From Puniceicoccales bacterium (GTDB taxonomy: Bacteria > Verrucomicrobiota > Verrucomicrobiia > Opitutales > UBA953), in contig JAITHA010000052.1 in assembly GCA_031280235.1 (NCBI GenBank), forward strand, positions 13,237-77,236: DNA of 64,000 nucleotides, read 5' to 3'. This document shows, piece by piece, positions 55,003 through 64,000 of this stretch. A program made the translations under genes and the position numbers. Below the pieces are notes generated by a model that had not been told where the DNA came from, did not search any database, and saw only the letters and a program-made list of their open reading frames with translations. Every line of letters starts with the position of its first letter. Within the stretch, counting starts at the first letter, position 1.

Positions 55003-56382
55003 TCAAACATTGGCAATCTTAAGTTTGCTAGGTTTGCCGAATGCGGCGGAGATTTCGGAGGCTACTTTGAGGGCATGAAGAATGGTCTTAGGCAGAGCGA
55101 TCCCAGCGCAGTAGTTACCACAAAAGCGCAGGCCGACAAACCGGTGTTCAGCTGTGGCGAGGCGGATGCTCAGCGCTTCGTGGCCGATGTTATATTGCGG
55201 GATGGCGCGCGGCCAGTGGCAGATGTGCGTAAAACAGGGTGTGCCCGTGGCGCCGAGGAGTTCGCGCATTTCGCCGTGGATGCGCTCTGCCTGCTCCTCG
55301 TCATTTGCCTGGGTGAGGCCGGCCTGGCGCGAGCCGCCGACAAAGGATGTGAGCAACACGCAGCCTTCGGGCGTGCGCTTGGAGAAAAGGGAGCTTTGGA
55401 AAAGAGTACCGAGGATTTTTCGCCCTTCGATGCCTGGCGACAGCATACCAAAGCCGTCCAGCGGATGCGCCACTTGCTCGCGTTTGTAGCCCAGAGAGAC
55501 AATGCTAATAGGCGGTGCCTCTATCGCTTTCCAGGGCAAGAGCAGCTCTTGCAACATGGCGGGTAGCGGTAGGGTGGGCCAGCTCCACGGGGGAACGGCG
55601 AGCACGAGGAAACGCGCTTTGGCCGTGGCTTGGGAGGAGCCATTTTCCCAGCTGACTTTCCATCCATCTGGCGTCTTCCCCAAGGCGGTGATTCGTACGC
55701 TGGCTTGCAACCGTCCAGCCCCGAGGGCGCATACCATGGCGTTGGGGATTTCTGCCATGCCTTCGGCAAAGTTGACCAGCCGCCTAATGGGAGCCGCGCG
55801 CCCTTTGGAGAGGCCGGCGCGAAGCAACGAACCATAGCGCATTTCCATTTCGTGCAGGCGCGGGAAGGCTGAGCGCAGGGAAAGTCGCTCAATGTCACCG
55901 GCGTAGATGCCGCCAACCATGGCATCAACGAGGCGCTGGGCCACTTCTCTGCCGAGGCGACGCCTCACAAAGGTTCCCACGCTCTCGTCCCCGCCTGCAG
56001 GAGCGCTCCGCGCAAAGGGTTCGCCCAAAAAACGCAACTTGCCGCGCAGGCTGAGCAAGGGCGTCGTGAGCGCGCCAATGAGGCCAGATGGCGCAGCGAC
56101 AGGCCGCCCGCCACAGACGAGGAAACGCTTCTTCGCCACAGGGCTGGCTTCAAGGGGCACGAGACCGATGTCTTTCAAAAAACCCTCAACTCCGTCATTT
56201 TCGAGCATCAAAGAGTTGGGACCACCTTCGACAAGAAAACCATCCTGACGGTAGGAAACAACGGAGCCACCCGCGCGAGGCGCGGCTTCGAGGACGAGCG
56301 TCTCAACCTTGTTGAGCGACAGTGCCGAAGCCACACCAAGCCCGGCTGGCCCAGCACCGATGATGATGGTCTCAAAATCCAT
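55003..56382 (-). CDS. hemY: Protoporphyrinogen/coproporphyrinogen oxidase (HemY-type FAD enzyme)
   Basis: IIIGAGPAGLGVASAL N-terminus, 459 aa, C-terminal GNYCAGIALP-like motif. Confidence 0.7.
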   Translation of the reverse strand: MDFETIIIGAGPAGLGVASALSLNKVETLVLEAAPRAGGSVVSYRQDGFLVEGGPNSLMLENDGVEGFLKDIGLVPLEASPVAKKRFLVCGGRPVAAPSGLIGALTTPLLSLRGKLRFLGEPFARSAPAGGDESVGTFVRRRLGREVAQRLVDAMVGGIYAGDIERLSLRSAFPRLHEMEMRYGSLLRAGLSKGRAAPIRRLVNFAEGMAEIPNAMVCALGAGRLQASVRITALGKTPDGWKVSWENGSSQATAKARFLVLAVPPWSWPTLPLPAMLQELLLPWKAIEAPPISIVSLGYKREQVAHPLDGFGMLSPGIEGRKILGTLFQSSLFSKRTPEGCVLLTSFVGGSRQAGLTQANDEEQAERIHGEMRELLGATGTPCFTHICHWPRAIPQYNIGHEALSIRLATAEHRFVGLRFCGNYCAGIALPKTILHALKVASEISAAFGKPSKLKIANV

Positions 56383-56529
56383 GAAAGAGCCACGGTAGAC
56401 ACCTTCGCAACGCGACGGTTGCAGGAAGAAAGCGCTTTACCCACCCGGTAGCATCGACCTTGGGGCACAACACCCCAGGCACATGCGCGGCGCAGCTCTT
56501 TTTTTGTTTGAACCGCATAATACCCCCGC

Positions 56530-56874
56530 TTGTTCTGGGGAATGGGTAATTTCATCAGTGACCAACTCGTCAAACATTTGAACCAGCGCTTGGCGCAAGT
56601 CGGCTCTGTGGAGGCGCTCGACCTTGAGCGCGACGCACTTAAAGTGACGCTGAAGTTGCGCGGCGATGAAGAGGAAATCCGCTTGGAGTTTTCCGGAATC
56701 AGCTGGTTCACGGAAGACGGGAAATTCAATCTGCGCTACGACAACGCCTACGCCTCCAGGGAGTGGATCCAAGGCGTGCTTGGAATCATCCGAGAAAAGA
56801 GCGGCAACGCGTTCAGTATGCCGGACGCGATCCACCTAATGCCCCTGAAGATGCTTTTCCCCAAGGCGAGGTAA
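56530..56874 (+). CDS. Hypothetical small protein
   Basis: 114-aa ORF with coding-like composition in an otherwise empty interval. No recognisable motif. The start could be ATG 56542. Confidence 0.35.
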   Translation: MFWGMGNFISDQLVKHLNQRLAQVGSVEALDLERDALKVTLKLRGDEEEIRLEFSGISWFTEDGKFNLRYDNAYASREWIQGVLGIIREKSGNAFSMPDAIHLMPLKMLFPKAR

Positions 56875-56987
56875 GACTTGGGCGGAAAAGCACACCAGCT
56901 CGTGGCCTCCGGGTGAGAGTTTTCTCAGGTCCAGTTTATCAAAAAACCGGTTGCAGAGGCGGCCTTCAGGGCGAACATGCGCCAAGT

Positions 56988-58070
56988 ATGTCCTCTCCAA
57001 CTAGCGTTGGCGCGCACAAGGCGCCGCCTTTCCTCGTCGAGTTGCTCGATGCCAAATCGCCCACGGGGCATGAATTTGCCGCACAGGCCGTCGTGGATAA
57101 ATACGTCAAACCCGTGGCCCATGCCTACGCCAAGGACGCCCTCGGCAACCGCATCGCCTCGTTGAACTCCGGTGGCAACCCAACGGTGCTCTTCGCGGGG
57201 CACATTGATGAAATCGCCCTCATCATCTCCTTTATCGACGACAAGGGGTTTCTTTATTTCGAATTTCTCGGCGGGCACGACCTCGTCATCCCGTCGGGGC
57301 GACGCGTTCGCATCCTTACCCGCAAAGGCCCCGTGCTCGCCATTACAGGTAAACGCGCTGTGCACCTCATGTCGCCCGAAGATCGTCGGCGCGTCCCCGA
57401 GCGCCATGACATGTGGCTCGACATCGGCGCACCAGATCGCGCTACAGCGGAGCAGATTGTCCGCATCGGTGACCCCGCAGTGTACGACGTCGGTTTCGAG
57501 CCACTGCGCGGCAGCATCAGCGTCGCGCGGGCTTTTGACGACAAGGCGGGCTGCTACATCGTCATGGAGGCGCTCCTCCGCCTGTCGCGTGAGAAAAAGC
57601 TCGCTGCGCGCGTGGTTTCCGTAGGCACGACCCAGGAGGAGATCGGCACGCGCGGGGCGCAAGTGGCCGCTCAAGGGGTCAACCCGGACGCATCCATCAC
57701 CGTGGATGTAACCCACGCCACGGATCATCCTGACGCGGACAACCGGAAGTTCGGGCGCGTCTCTTTGAGCGGAGGCCCGGTGATCGCCCGCGGGCCAAAC
57801 ATCAATCCGCTCGTTTTCGATCGCCTTGTCGCCCTGGCCGAGAGCCTGAAAATCCCGTACCAACTGCAGGCCGAGCCGCGCCCCACGGGGACGGACGCCC
57901 GTGCCATCCAAATGGCCAATGCGGGCGTGGCTTGCGGCCTCGTTTCCGTGCCCTTGCGCTACATGCACACACCGGGAGAAGTGGTGGATCTGTCCGTTGT
58001 CGAACAAACCGTGTGCCTGCTGGTGGCGTTTGCCAAAAGCCTCAAAAAGGGCGAGTCGTTCGCGTGGTAG
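56988..58070 (+). CDS. M42-family metallopeptidase (FrvX / glutamyl aminopeptidase-like)
   Basis: LLDAKSPTGHE, LFAGHIDEIALIIS, RAFDDKAGCYI, GTTQEEIGTRGA, PLRYMHTP. The start was set at ATG 56988. Confidence 0.8.
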   Translation: MSSPTSVGAHKAPPFLVELLDAKSPTGHEFAAQAVVDKYVKPVAHAYAKDALGNRIASLNSGGNPTVLFAGHIDEIALIISFIDDKGFLYFEFLGGHDLVIPSGRRVRILTRKGPVLAITGKRAVHLMSPEDRRRVPERHDMWLDIGAPDRATAEQIVRIGDPAVYDVGFEPLRGSISVARAFDDKAGCYIVMEALLRLSREKKLAARVVSVGTTQEEIGTRGAQVAAQGVNPDASITVDVTHATDHPDADNRKFGRVSLSGGPVIARGPNINPLVFDRLVALAESLKIPYQLQAEPRPTGTDARAIQMANAGVACGLVSVPLRYMHTPGEVVDLSVVEQTVCLLVAFAKSLKKGESFAW

Positions 58071-58120
58071 CGTAGCTATGCCAGCGCCTCCTGCTTAGCC
58101 ATTGATGCCGTGAAATTCCC

Positions 58121-59596
58121 ATGAGCTCCTCCCCTGTAAACACGGTTTCGGCATCACCTGAGATGCCGAAAGATTTCCCGGATTGGCTAAACCCTGTCCT
58201 CGTCAAAGAAGTTCGACAAGGCCTGCGCACACGGCTTTTTCTTTCGACATTCTTGGTGCCGCAGATACTGCTCCTTGTCTGGATGTTCTACTCTTCAGTC
58301 GAACTCTCTTATGGCAACAAGGGCACGGCAATAGACTTTTTTTTCTGGCTCATCGTATTCGCCGGGCTCTATGTCGCCACCATCCCTGCGCTAATGGTCG
58401 TTCGAGGCGAGAGGCGCCACAACACGCTTGAGCTTCTCCTGCTTACACGTCAGGGCGGCTTTAGCATTGTTTGGGGAAAGTGGTTGTCCATCATGCTTCA
58501 GGCTTTGATCTTTGCGTCGAGCTTGATGCCGTATTTTATCCTGCGTTACTTTTTCAACACATTTGACCTTGTAAGGGATGGCTCTTTTATGGTGATTGCG
58601 CTGTCCGTCGCATTAGTAATTTCATCCATACGGCTGCATGGTTCTTCTCTCCCGCTGTGGCAGAATATCGCAACGGAGATTCTCGGGGGTATCTTCCTTA
58701 TAGTGCTATTGGGGATGGTATCTGGTGAGTTAACCGGGAAAGTTATGAAAGGAGACGAGAGCTGGGGTTTGGTAATGCTCTGGTTTGTGTGTTATGCGAT
58801 GCTCTATTCCTTGATGTTTCTTTTCCTCGCAGCGTCCAACATCAAAGGAAACAAGGAAAATTTTGCCACACGAAAACGCCTGCTTGGTTTATTCCTCTTG
58901 CTGCCGCCAGCGATCGCTTGGGGAGTTGATGCATTCGAGCCTGCAAGAAGTTTTCTTTTTGCTTCCACTTTGCCTATGCTGCTTATCATTTCTTCGGATG
59001 CGATATTTTCTACCTCTTTAACTTCGCCTTCGATGTATGCGGCTTTTAAGCACCATGGTCTTGCAGGGCGATTATTCGCTCTGTTAGTAGCTCCAACTCG
59101 TTCATCTGGAATATGTTACTTTCTCTTCTTTTTTTCAGTCCTGATTTTTTTGTTGTTTTTTCGAGAGAGACTTACCTCAAAATCCCCCCCGCGGGAGATT
59201 ATCGCGATGATCCTGATCCTAGTAGCAGAGGGTGTATTAGCGGCATTTGCGCTTGCTCGTTTTTCCTTTCGCTTTGTGAAGCGCTGGCAGTTTAACACCT
59301 TGCTTAAGTTTTTCTTTTTTGTTGAGGGTGTTCTCGCCCTTTTTTCTACCTTTGGATACTTCGCCTGTCGTGAAGCCTGGGGGAAGGCGAGTTTTGAATG
59401 GGTGATTGCCGCGTCAGCCACTCCTTGGGGGGCATTGGTGCTCTTCGAGAGAAGTAGCCCTCTGAGGGTGTTGACTCCCTATGCGCTGATTGTTGGCTTA
59501 ATTCTCGTCTTAGCCCTTTGGCGTTATTTCTTCGAGAATTTGCGCAAAACATGGAAAATATGCAAAGGCGAGCCAGCGGAGATTACAGAGGAATGA
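58121..59596 (+). CDS. Polytopic membrane protein, ABC-2-type permease-like
   Basis: The N-terminus NPVLVKEVRQGLRTRLF resembles ABC-2/NosY-like permease starts. About 12 hydrophobic segments. No cognate ATPase is adjacent. Confidence 0.4.
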   Translation: MSSSPVNTVSASPEMPKDFPDWLNPVLVKEVRQGLRTRLFLSTFLVPQILLLVWMFYSSVELSYGNKGTAIDFFFWLIVFAGLYVATIPALMVVRGERRHNTLELLLLTRQGGFSIVWGKWLSIMLQALIFASSLMPYFILRYFFNTFDLVRDGSFMVIALSVALVISSIRLHGSSLPLWQNIATEILGGIFLIVLLGMVSGELTGKVMKGDESWGLVMLWFVCYAMLYSLMFLFLAASNIKGNKENFATRKRLLGLFLLLPPAIAWGVDAFEPARSFLFASTLPMLLIISSDAIFSTSLTSPSMYAAFKHHGLAGRLFALLVAPTRSSGICYFLFFFSVLIFLLFFRERLTSKSPPREIIAMILILVAEGVLAAFALARFSFRFVKRWQFNTLLKFFFFVEGVLALFSTFGYFACREAWGKASFEWVIAASATPWGALVLFERSSPLRVLTPYALIVGLILVLALWRYFFENLRKTWKICKGEPAEITEE

Positions 59597-60489
59597 ACAT
59601 GGAAATGCGAAACCCTGTTTTATTGGAAGACAACGCTGGCGATGTCGTCGCCAAGGCGCAGCGTGGGCTGGGTCTGGACGATGCGACACTCGCTGCGCTT
59701 TCGGGTCTCCCGGAAACGCTTGTTTACGCAGTTAAAGAAGGTTTGCTGGATCCTGATGCACTGAGGCAAATTGCACCCGTTTTGGAGCTCGATATAGACG
59801 CGCTTCTTGGGCTCGCGTGCCACGCTTGGCCGTCTGTCCCGGCGATGCCTGAGGAGGGTTTTGCGCGATTTTCCACACCCTTTGGGCAAGGGCTGCATGT
59901 CAATAATTTCCTCGCTTGGTCGCCAGCCACGCGTGAAGCGGCGATTTTTGACACGGGCACCTCACCCGGCGCATTGTTCACTTTTATCCGCGAACGCGGG
60001 ATTGCGCCTGTCCGCGCCATTTTCATCACCCATGCGCACCACGACCATGTGGCCGCGCTCGGCGAACTCGTCGTTGCCACAGGCGCCAAGGTCTGGCTTT
60101 CTGCGCGTGAGCCGTTTCCCTCCGCTCCGGTGGGCATTTGCCCTTTCGATGCGGGAGCCTCCTTTCCCATCGGCGACTTGTTGGTGGAGACACTGGATGT
60201 GTGTGGGCATTCTCCCGGGCAGACGGCTTTTCTCATCACAGGGCTCTCGCGTCGCGTGATCGTTGTGGGAGATGCTCTTTTCGCCGGTTCCATGGGCGGT
60301 TGCTCGGGCACCTACCATGAGCAACGGTGTAATACGGCAGCCCGAATATTGTCTCAAGCGCCGGACACGCTCATCGCCCCAGGCCATGGGCCGGTGACGA
60401 GTCCCGCCATTGAGTGGCGCCACAATCCGGTTTTCGCCAAAAAGGCTTGGCATGCGTTTCAACTTGTCAGGGAGCAGGCGGGGGCATAG
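59593..60489 (+). CDS. MBL-fold metallo-hydrolase (glyoxalase II-like)
   Basis: The HxHxDH motif is present as ITHAHHDHVAAL, with downstream CGHSPG and APGHG. The ATGA overlap with the upstream stop suggests coupling. Confidence 0.75.
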   Translation: MNMEMRNPVLLEDNAGDVVAKAQRGLGLDDATLAALSGLPETLVYAVKEGLLDPDALRQIAPVLELDIDALLGLACHAWPSVPAMPEEGFARFSTPFGQGLHVNNFLAWSPATREAAIFDTGTSPGALFTFIRERGIAPVRAIFITHAHHDHVAALGELVVATGAKVWLSAREPFPSAPVGICPFDAGASFPIGDLLVETLDVCGHSPGQTAFLITGLSRRVIVVGDALFAGSMGGCSGTYHEQRCNTAARILSQAPDTLIAPGHGPVTSPAIEWRHNPVFAKKAWHAFQLVREQAGA

Positions 60490-60504
60490 CTCCCCTGCTT
60501 TTTT

Positions 60505-61047
60505 ATGACCTTGCTCTCCGCCTATGTCATCTTGGGTGTCGTGCTCGGAACCACGGGGCTTTCGCTGGCGAGCGGCCTGAGCCCTGTATGCCGTGCGTTT
60601 CGCGCCTTCCCGCGTTCCTTTCCTGCTGCATTGCTCTTCTGGGGCAGTGGCGTGGCATGGTTTGTTTTCCGGGTAACACAGTTGAGCGAGGTGGACTTGT
60701 CCGGTTTTCCACGTGGTTTTTTGGTTGGTGGTTTTGTGAGTGTGGGTCTGCTGGCGTTATTTTGTCTACGAGACTTGCTTGCCGTGCGTGGTCTCGCCGC
60801 CTTGTTGCTCCTGTCTGCGCGCGCCCTACTTGATGCTGGGTACATGCAGCAACCACGCAATCTCGTCCTCTCGGTCATCGCATACATCCTTGTCGTGCTC
60901 GGCATTTGGTGGGGCGTCACGCCATACGTGTTTCGCAACTGGCTTTTCTGGGTTTTGAAAAAGCCTCTACACTACAGGGTTGTGGGCGCGTTCATTGCAA
61001 CTTCCGGGGGCCTTTGCCTCGTCACCGCGTTTCTTTGTCGCTCATGA
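60505..61047 (+). CDS. Hypothetical membrane protein (about 5 TM)
   Basis: 180-aa hydrophobic ORF whose stop overlaps the gmk start (ATGA). Confidence 0.45.
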   Translation: MTLLSAYVILGVVLGTTGLSLASGLSPVCRAFRAFPRSFPAALLFWGSGVAWFVFRVTQLSEVDLSGFPRGFLVGGFVSVGLLALFCLRDLLAVRGLAALLLLSARALLDAGYMQQPRNLVLSVIAYILVVLGIWWGVTPYVFRNWLFWVLKKPLHYRVVGAFIATSGGLCLVTAFLCRS

Positions 61048-61679
61048 GTGTCGTGCCCACCCTTCCGCCGCCGCCGCCTCTCCTGCTCCTGGTTTCCGGC
61101 CCTGCGGGTAGCGGGAAAACGACTCTTTGCGACCGCATGTGTGCCGCGTTCCCGGAGCGCATCCGCCGCGTCATTACGTGCACAACGCGGCAGCCACGGG
61201 ATGCCGAGCTTGCTGGCGTGGACTACCATTTCATGGACGAGGCAGCCTTTGCTAGGAAAATCGCTGCGGGTGAGTTTCTTGAGCACGCTAGGGTGCACCA
61301 GAACTTCTATGGCACACGTCGCTCGGATGTTGATGCGCTGTTCGCCCAAGGCTTTGATCTGCTCCTCAACCTTGATGTACAAGGAGCCGCCTCGGTGCGC
61401 GCCGTCGCCGCCGTAGATGCCCGGTTGCGCCACGCGTTGGCCAGCATTTTCATCATGCCACCCTCGTTTGAGGAACTGAACGGGCGCCTCTCGGGGCGTG
61501 GCACGGAATCTCGCGAAGAGTTGGAACGCCGCCTCCGCGTCGCCACCCAGGAGATGGAGCAATGGCCTTCCTACGATTTTTGTCTGGAGAGCCACGGGCG
61601 CGACGAGGATTTTGAGCAACTCAAATCCGTCTACTTTGCCGAGAAGATGAGAGTTTCCCGGCACTACCCCGCGCCTTAG
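61044..61679 (+). CDS. gmk: Guanylate kinase
   Basis: VSGPAGSGKTTL P-loop, TTRQPRDAE, GVDYHF, FYGT. The start was set at ATG 61044. Confidence 0.8.
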   Translation: MSVVPTLPPPPPLLLLVSGPAGSGKTTLCDRMCAAFPERIRRVITCTTRQPRDAELAGVDYHFMDEAAFARKIAAGEFLEHARVHQNFYGTRRSDVDALFAQGFDLLLNLDVQGAASVRAVAAVDARLRHALASIFIMPPSFEELNGRLSGRGTESREELERRLRVATQEMEQWPSYDFCLESHGRDEDFEQLKSVYFAEKMRVSRHYPAP

Positions 61680-62455
61680 TCATCGCTCGCCGGCACGTTG
61701 GTGGGTACGTTGGGATGCGGGCTCGGCGGCGGGTTGGCGAACCTGAGGGTTCGGGTCGAATGCGGGGAGGATGAGGGAACCCCGGACGAGGCCCCGCCAG
61801 ATGAGGCAGATGGGATCACATTGGCTCGCAAGGCGCTGGAGACTTGGCGCCGCTGCTCGGGAGTCATCGCACGAAGTCGTTCGCCAAGAAACTGGGCAGA
61901 CAGCGTTTGATCGGGTGTCATTGGTGTGCCTGATTGAAATTCTAGGATTTGCGCCGCTAAGGTCTGCGGATCAAAGGCCTCGTCGGCATAGCCCTGCGCC
62001 CCAAACATCTCCGCCCCGAGCGCTTGTGGCATCACGGGAGAGGTGATGCTCATCGGCTCGCCTGTCGTGCGGATCATTTTCAAATCCATCACCATGCCGT
62101 CTTTGCTGACGACGGCGCTACAAGCCTTGGCGTTGACGCTCTCGACGTACCACTTCGCCTTGCTGTCGCGCACGCGCACCCAGCTGGATTCGCGCGTCGT
62201 GGCGTCAGTGATGCTAACAAGCGCCTTGTCTCCCGAACCGATGATGCCGTGCAGCTCCAGCGGCACGTAGGAGGCCCGCTCAACGGGCCTCCGCCTGAGG
62301 CTCATGCGCCGACGGCGCTCACGGAAGTCGTTTCCATCGTCGCCGAAGTTGCCAATAGCACTGCCCGAAGGAGCACGTGGAGCAACTTGCGCAGGCAGCG
62401 CACCAGCACACAACAAGGTCCCGAAGCAGCAGAGGAGGAGGGTCGAGTATCGCAT
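61676..62455 (-). CDS. Hypothetical secreted protein
   Basis: Signal peptide MRYSTLLLCCFGTLLCAGALPAQ. Low-complexity Ser/Pro-rich C-terminus. The start was set at ATG 62455. Confidence 0.45.
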   Translation of the reverse strand: MRYSTLLLCCFGTLLCAGALPAQVAPRAPSGSAIGNFGDDGNDFRERRRRMSLRRRPVERASYVPLELHGIIGSGDKALVSITDATTRESSWVRVRDSKAKWYVESVNAKACSAVVSKDGMVMDLKMIRTTGEPMSITSPVMPQALGAEMFGAQGYADEAFDPQTLAAQILEFQSGTPMTPDQTLSAQFLGERLRAMTPEQRRQVSSALRANVIPSASSGGASSGVPSSSPHSTRTLRFANPPPSPHPNVPTNVPASDD

Positions 62456-62616
62456 GGGCGAGAACGTTGATGGTTTCTTGTGAGAAAGCAAAGCACAGCA
62501 CAGCTGTTTGTGAGTCAACCCCAGCTGATGGAGAAAGTAATGCTCCTGCGAAAAACCATCGCCGGGTAAATGTGAAAAAAATCGCCTTGGAGCCCGGATT
62601 TCCGAACCTGCGCACC

Positions 62617-63309
62617 ATGTTGGAGTTCTCCGTTTTCCAGAAAAATCTTGGGCAGGTGCAGACGCGTATTGCCAAGGCTTGCGAGGCTTGCTCGCGCCCG
62701 GCGCAAAATGTGCGCCTGCTGCCGGTGACGAAGACCCACCCTGTGGAGGCCTCCTATTTCGCCCGCCGTGCAGGCTTGCTTGCCGTAGGCGAAAATCGTG
62801 TCCAAGAGGCCGTTAGCAAACGCCCGCAAGGGCCGCCGGATTTGCGTTGGGAGCTCATCGGCCATCTCCAATCCAACAAGACGCGCCTAGCCGTCGCCAC
62901 CTTCGACCGCATCCAGTCGCTGGATTCGCCAGAGCTGGCTCGGCGCCTCGCATCGCTGTGTGCCGAGGCTGGCAAAGTCATGCCCGTTCTTCTCCAAGCC
63001 AATGCTGGCGCAGACGCCGCGAAGTCTGGCGCGGTGGATTTCGATGCACTGCGCTCTCTAGCCGATGTGGCATTTTCCCTGCCTCAACTGCGCGTGGAAG
63101 GCTTGATGACGATCCCACCGCTCAATGCAGACAGCTCCGTGGCACGCCGCAGTTTCGAGACTTTGCGTTCCTGGCGCGACAGGCTGGAGGCGGCTTTCGG
63201 CAAAGCACTCCCCGAGCTTTCAATGGGAATGAGCAGCGATATTGAGGCCGCCATTGCCGCAGGGAGTACGCAAGTGCGCGTCGGCACAGCATTGTTCGGC
63301 AGCCGTTAA
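62617..63309 (+). CDS. YggS-family pyridoxal-phosphate-binding protein
   Basis: LLPVTKTHP (PLP lysine), WELIGHLQSNK, ELSMGMSSD, VRVGTALFG. The start was set at ATG 62617. Confidence 0.8.
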   Translation: MLEFSVFQKNLGQVQTRIAKACEACSRPAQNVRLLPVTKTHPVEASYFARRAGLLAVGENRVQEAVSKRPQGPPDLRWELIGHLQSNKTRLAVATFDRIQSLDSPELARRLASLCAEAGKVMPVLLQANAGADAAKSGAVDFDALRSLADVAFSLPQLRVEGLMTIPPLNADSSVARRSFETLRSWRDRLEAAFGKALPELSMGMSSDIEAAIAAGSTQVRVGTALFGSR

Positions 63310-63327
63310 AAAAGAACGCAAACCGCC

Positions 63328-63612
63328 ATGGCAAAAGGCAAGGCAGGGACGCATTCCTCGATCATCGACGCTGCGCGAACTCTCGTGGGCCTGCTTGAAC
63401 CCCATGGGCGCGTGTCGCGCGGGATGATTGCGGCACGCGTTGGCTCTGGCGGGCACACCATAAAAATCCTGCCGCAAAAGGGTGCCCTGCGCATGACGGT
63501 CATCGCCAAAGGCGCCCGGCAGGAATTTCATGTTTACGGCGTCTCCCTCGACAAGATGAAGGAAATCCTCTCTGACGAACGCTTGGGCCACTTCCTCGTG
63601 CGCTTGCCTTGA
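63328..63612 (+). CDS. Hypothetical small protein
   Basis: 94-aa ORF 19 nt downstream of the YggS-like gene, with coding-like composition and no recognised motif. Confidence 0.35.
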   Translation: MAKGKAGTHSSIIDAARTLVGLLEPHGRVSRGMIAARVGSGGHTIKILPQKGALRMTVIAKGARQEFHVYGVSLDKMKEILSDERLGHFLVRLP

Positions 63613-63683
63613 GCACCCACCGCGCGGGTGGAGGCCGTCATAATTTTCTCGCGACAAGCTGGAAGGGCTTCAACTTCCCCGCC

Positions 63684-64000
63684 ATGTTAAGGAACGCCAG
63701 CATCCCAAGTGTCGTGATTTTCTGCCTCGCCGTGTTGGCGGCGGCTCCCGTGCTTGCGGATGAGATTTGCCTCAAAGACGGCACCATTATCCGAGGCCTC
63801 GTCAGCAATGCCGAGGATGGCATCATCGCCATCACACCGGGTTACAACGCGGACGGCTCTGTGAAGGTCTTCAAATTCCAGATGAGCGACGTGCTCTCCT
63901 TTTCCACAGACGAGCCCATATACGTCGGTACGGCCTCGGTCGAGAGCGCGGTTTATGACAGCGTCGTCTACGGGCGCGTCGAACCTTCCAGCACCGGCGT
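63684..64000 (+). CDS. Hypothetical secreted protein, N-terminal part (3' end outside window)
   Basis: ATG 63684 opens a frame that runs to the window end: MLRNASIPSVVIFCLAVLAAAPVLADEICLKDGTIIRG... It has a clear signal peptide. It is absent from the ORF track because no stop codon is reached. Confidence 0.5.
   Translation, partial: MLRNASIPSVVIFCLAVLAAAPVLADEICLKDGTIIRGLVSNAEDGIIAITPGYNADGSVKVFKFQMSDVLSFSTDEPIYVGTASVESAVYDSVVYGRVEPSSTG

Noticed and set aside
53826-58007. 358-aa (53826-54902) and 360-aa (56925-58007) alternative-frame minus-strand ORFs
   Set aside because: They overlap the DEAD-box helicase (same strand, other frame) and the M42 peptidase (antisense). The translations are low-complexity with no motifs.
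63613-63683. Short GC hairpin (CCACC-gcgcg-GGTGG) after the 94-aa ORF as a terminator
   Set aside because: The stem is only 5 bp and has no adjacent U-tract, which is too weak to call.
1-64000. CRISPR arrays, tRNA/rRNA genes, prophage, toxin-antitoxin or known defence-system gene sets
   Set aside because: No direct-repeat/spacer periodicity and no cloverleaf-capable intergenic segment: gaps are mostly under 150 bp and the 1.1-kb gap is IS debris. No nuclease, methylase, ATPase or reverse-transcriptase gene combinations suggest defence islands.

Overview
Bacterial chromosomal window. I found no rRNA, tRNA or CRISPR array. The protein gestalt suggests the PVC/Verrucomicrobiota group, but I cannot verify that here.

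Bases 1-36026 form one long surface-glycan (O-antigen or capsule-like) biosynthesis locus, entirely on the + strand. It contains:
- the CDP-3,6-dideoxyhexose genes rfbG (partial), rfbH and a short-chain reductase
- eight glycosyltransferase genes with nine catalytic domains, including a GT2-GT8 fusion
- a Wzx-like flippase and a Wzy-like polymerase
- two further large polytopic membrane proteins, one fused to a GtrA domain
- four acyltransferase-3 (AT3) loci, two of them OafA-type with SGNH domains
- two FAD oxidoreductases and a bi-domain ADH/Gfo oxidoreductase
- wecB and wecC, and, unexpectedly, an OPT-family transporter

Bases 36048-64000 are more GC-rich housekeeping genes: cimA, a GH20-like protein, purC, galM, thiH, ilvB, a MacB/LolD-type ABC pair, dapB, folD, pyrD, a DEAD-box helicase, protoporphyrinogen oxidase, an M42 peptidase, gmk and a YggS-like gene. 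A decayed IS481-like transposase remnant interrupts this region at about 41.8-42.3 kb.

Observations most worth a second look:
1. An 11-G homopolymer sits exactly at the frame break that splits the second of two tandem OafA-type O-acetyltransferase paralogs into separate AT3 and SGNH ORFs. The same gene carries a second, 9-G tract. This is a candidate slipped-strand phase-variation switch for glycan O-acetylation.
2. An ABC ATPase carries a roughly 570-aa proline- and acid-rich, apparently disordered C-terminal extension with an internally repeated motif.
3. A GtrA domain is fused to a large GT-C-like membrane domain, next to a UGM/amine-oxidase-like flavoprotein.
4. An OPT transporter is embedded in the glycan locus between paralogous GT2 genes.
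5. A GH20-like protein appears to have lost the catalytic motifs.

I did not see a recognisable defence, toxin-antitoxin or prophage system. All homology calls come from motif recognition by eye, not from searches.
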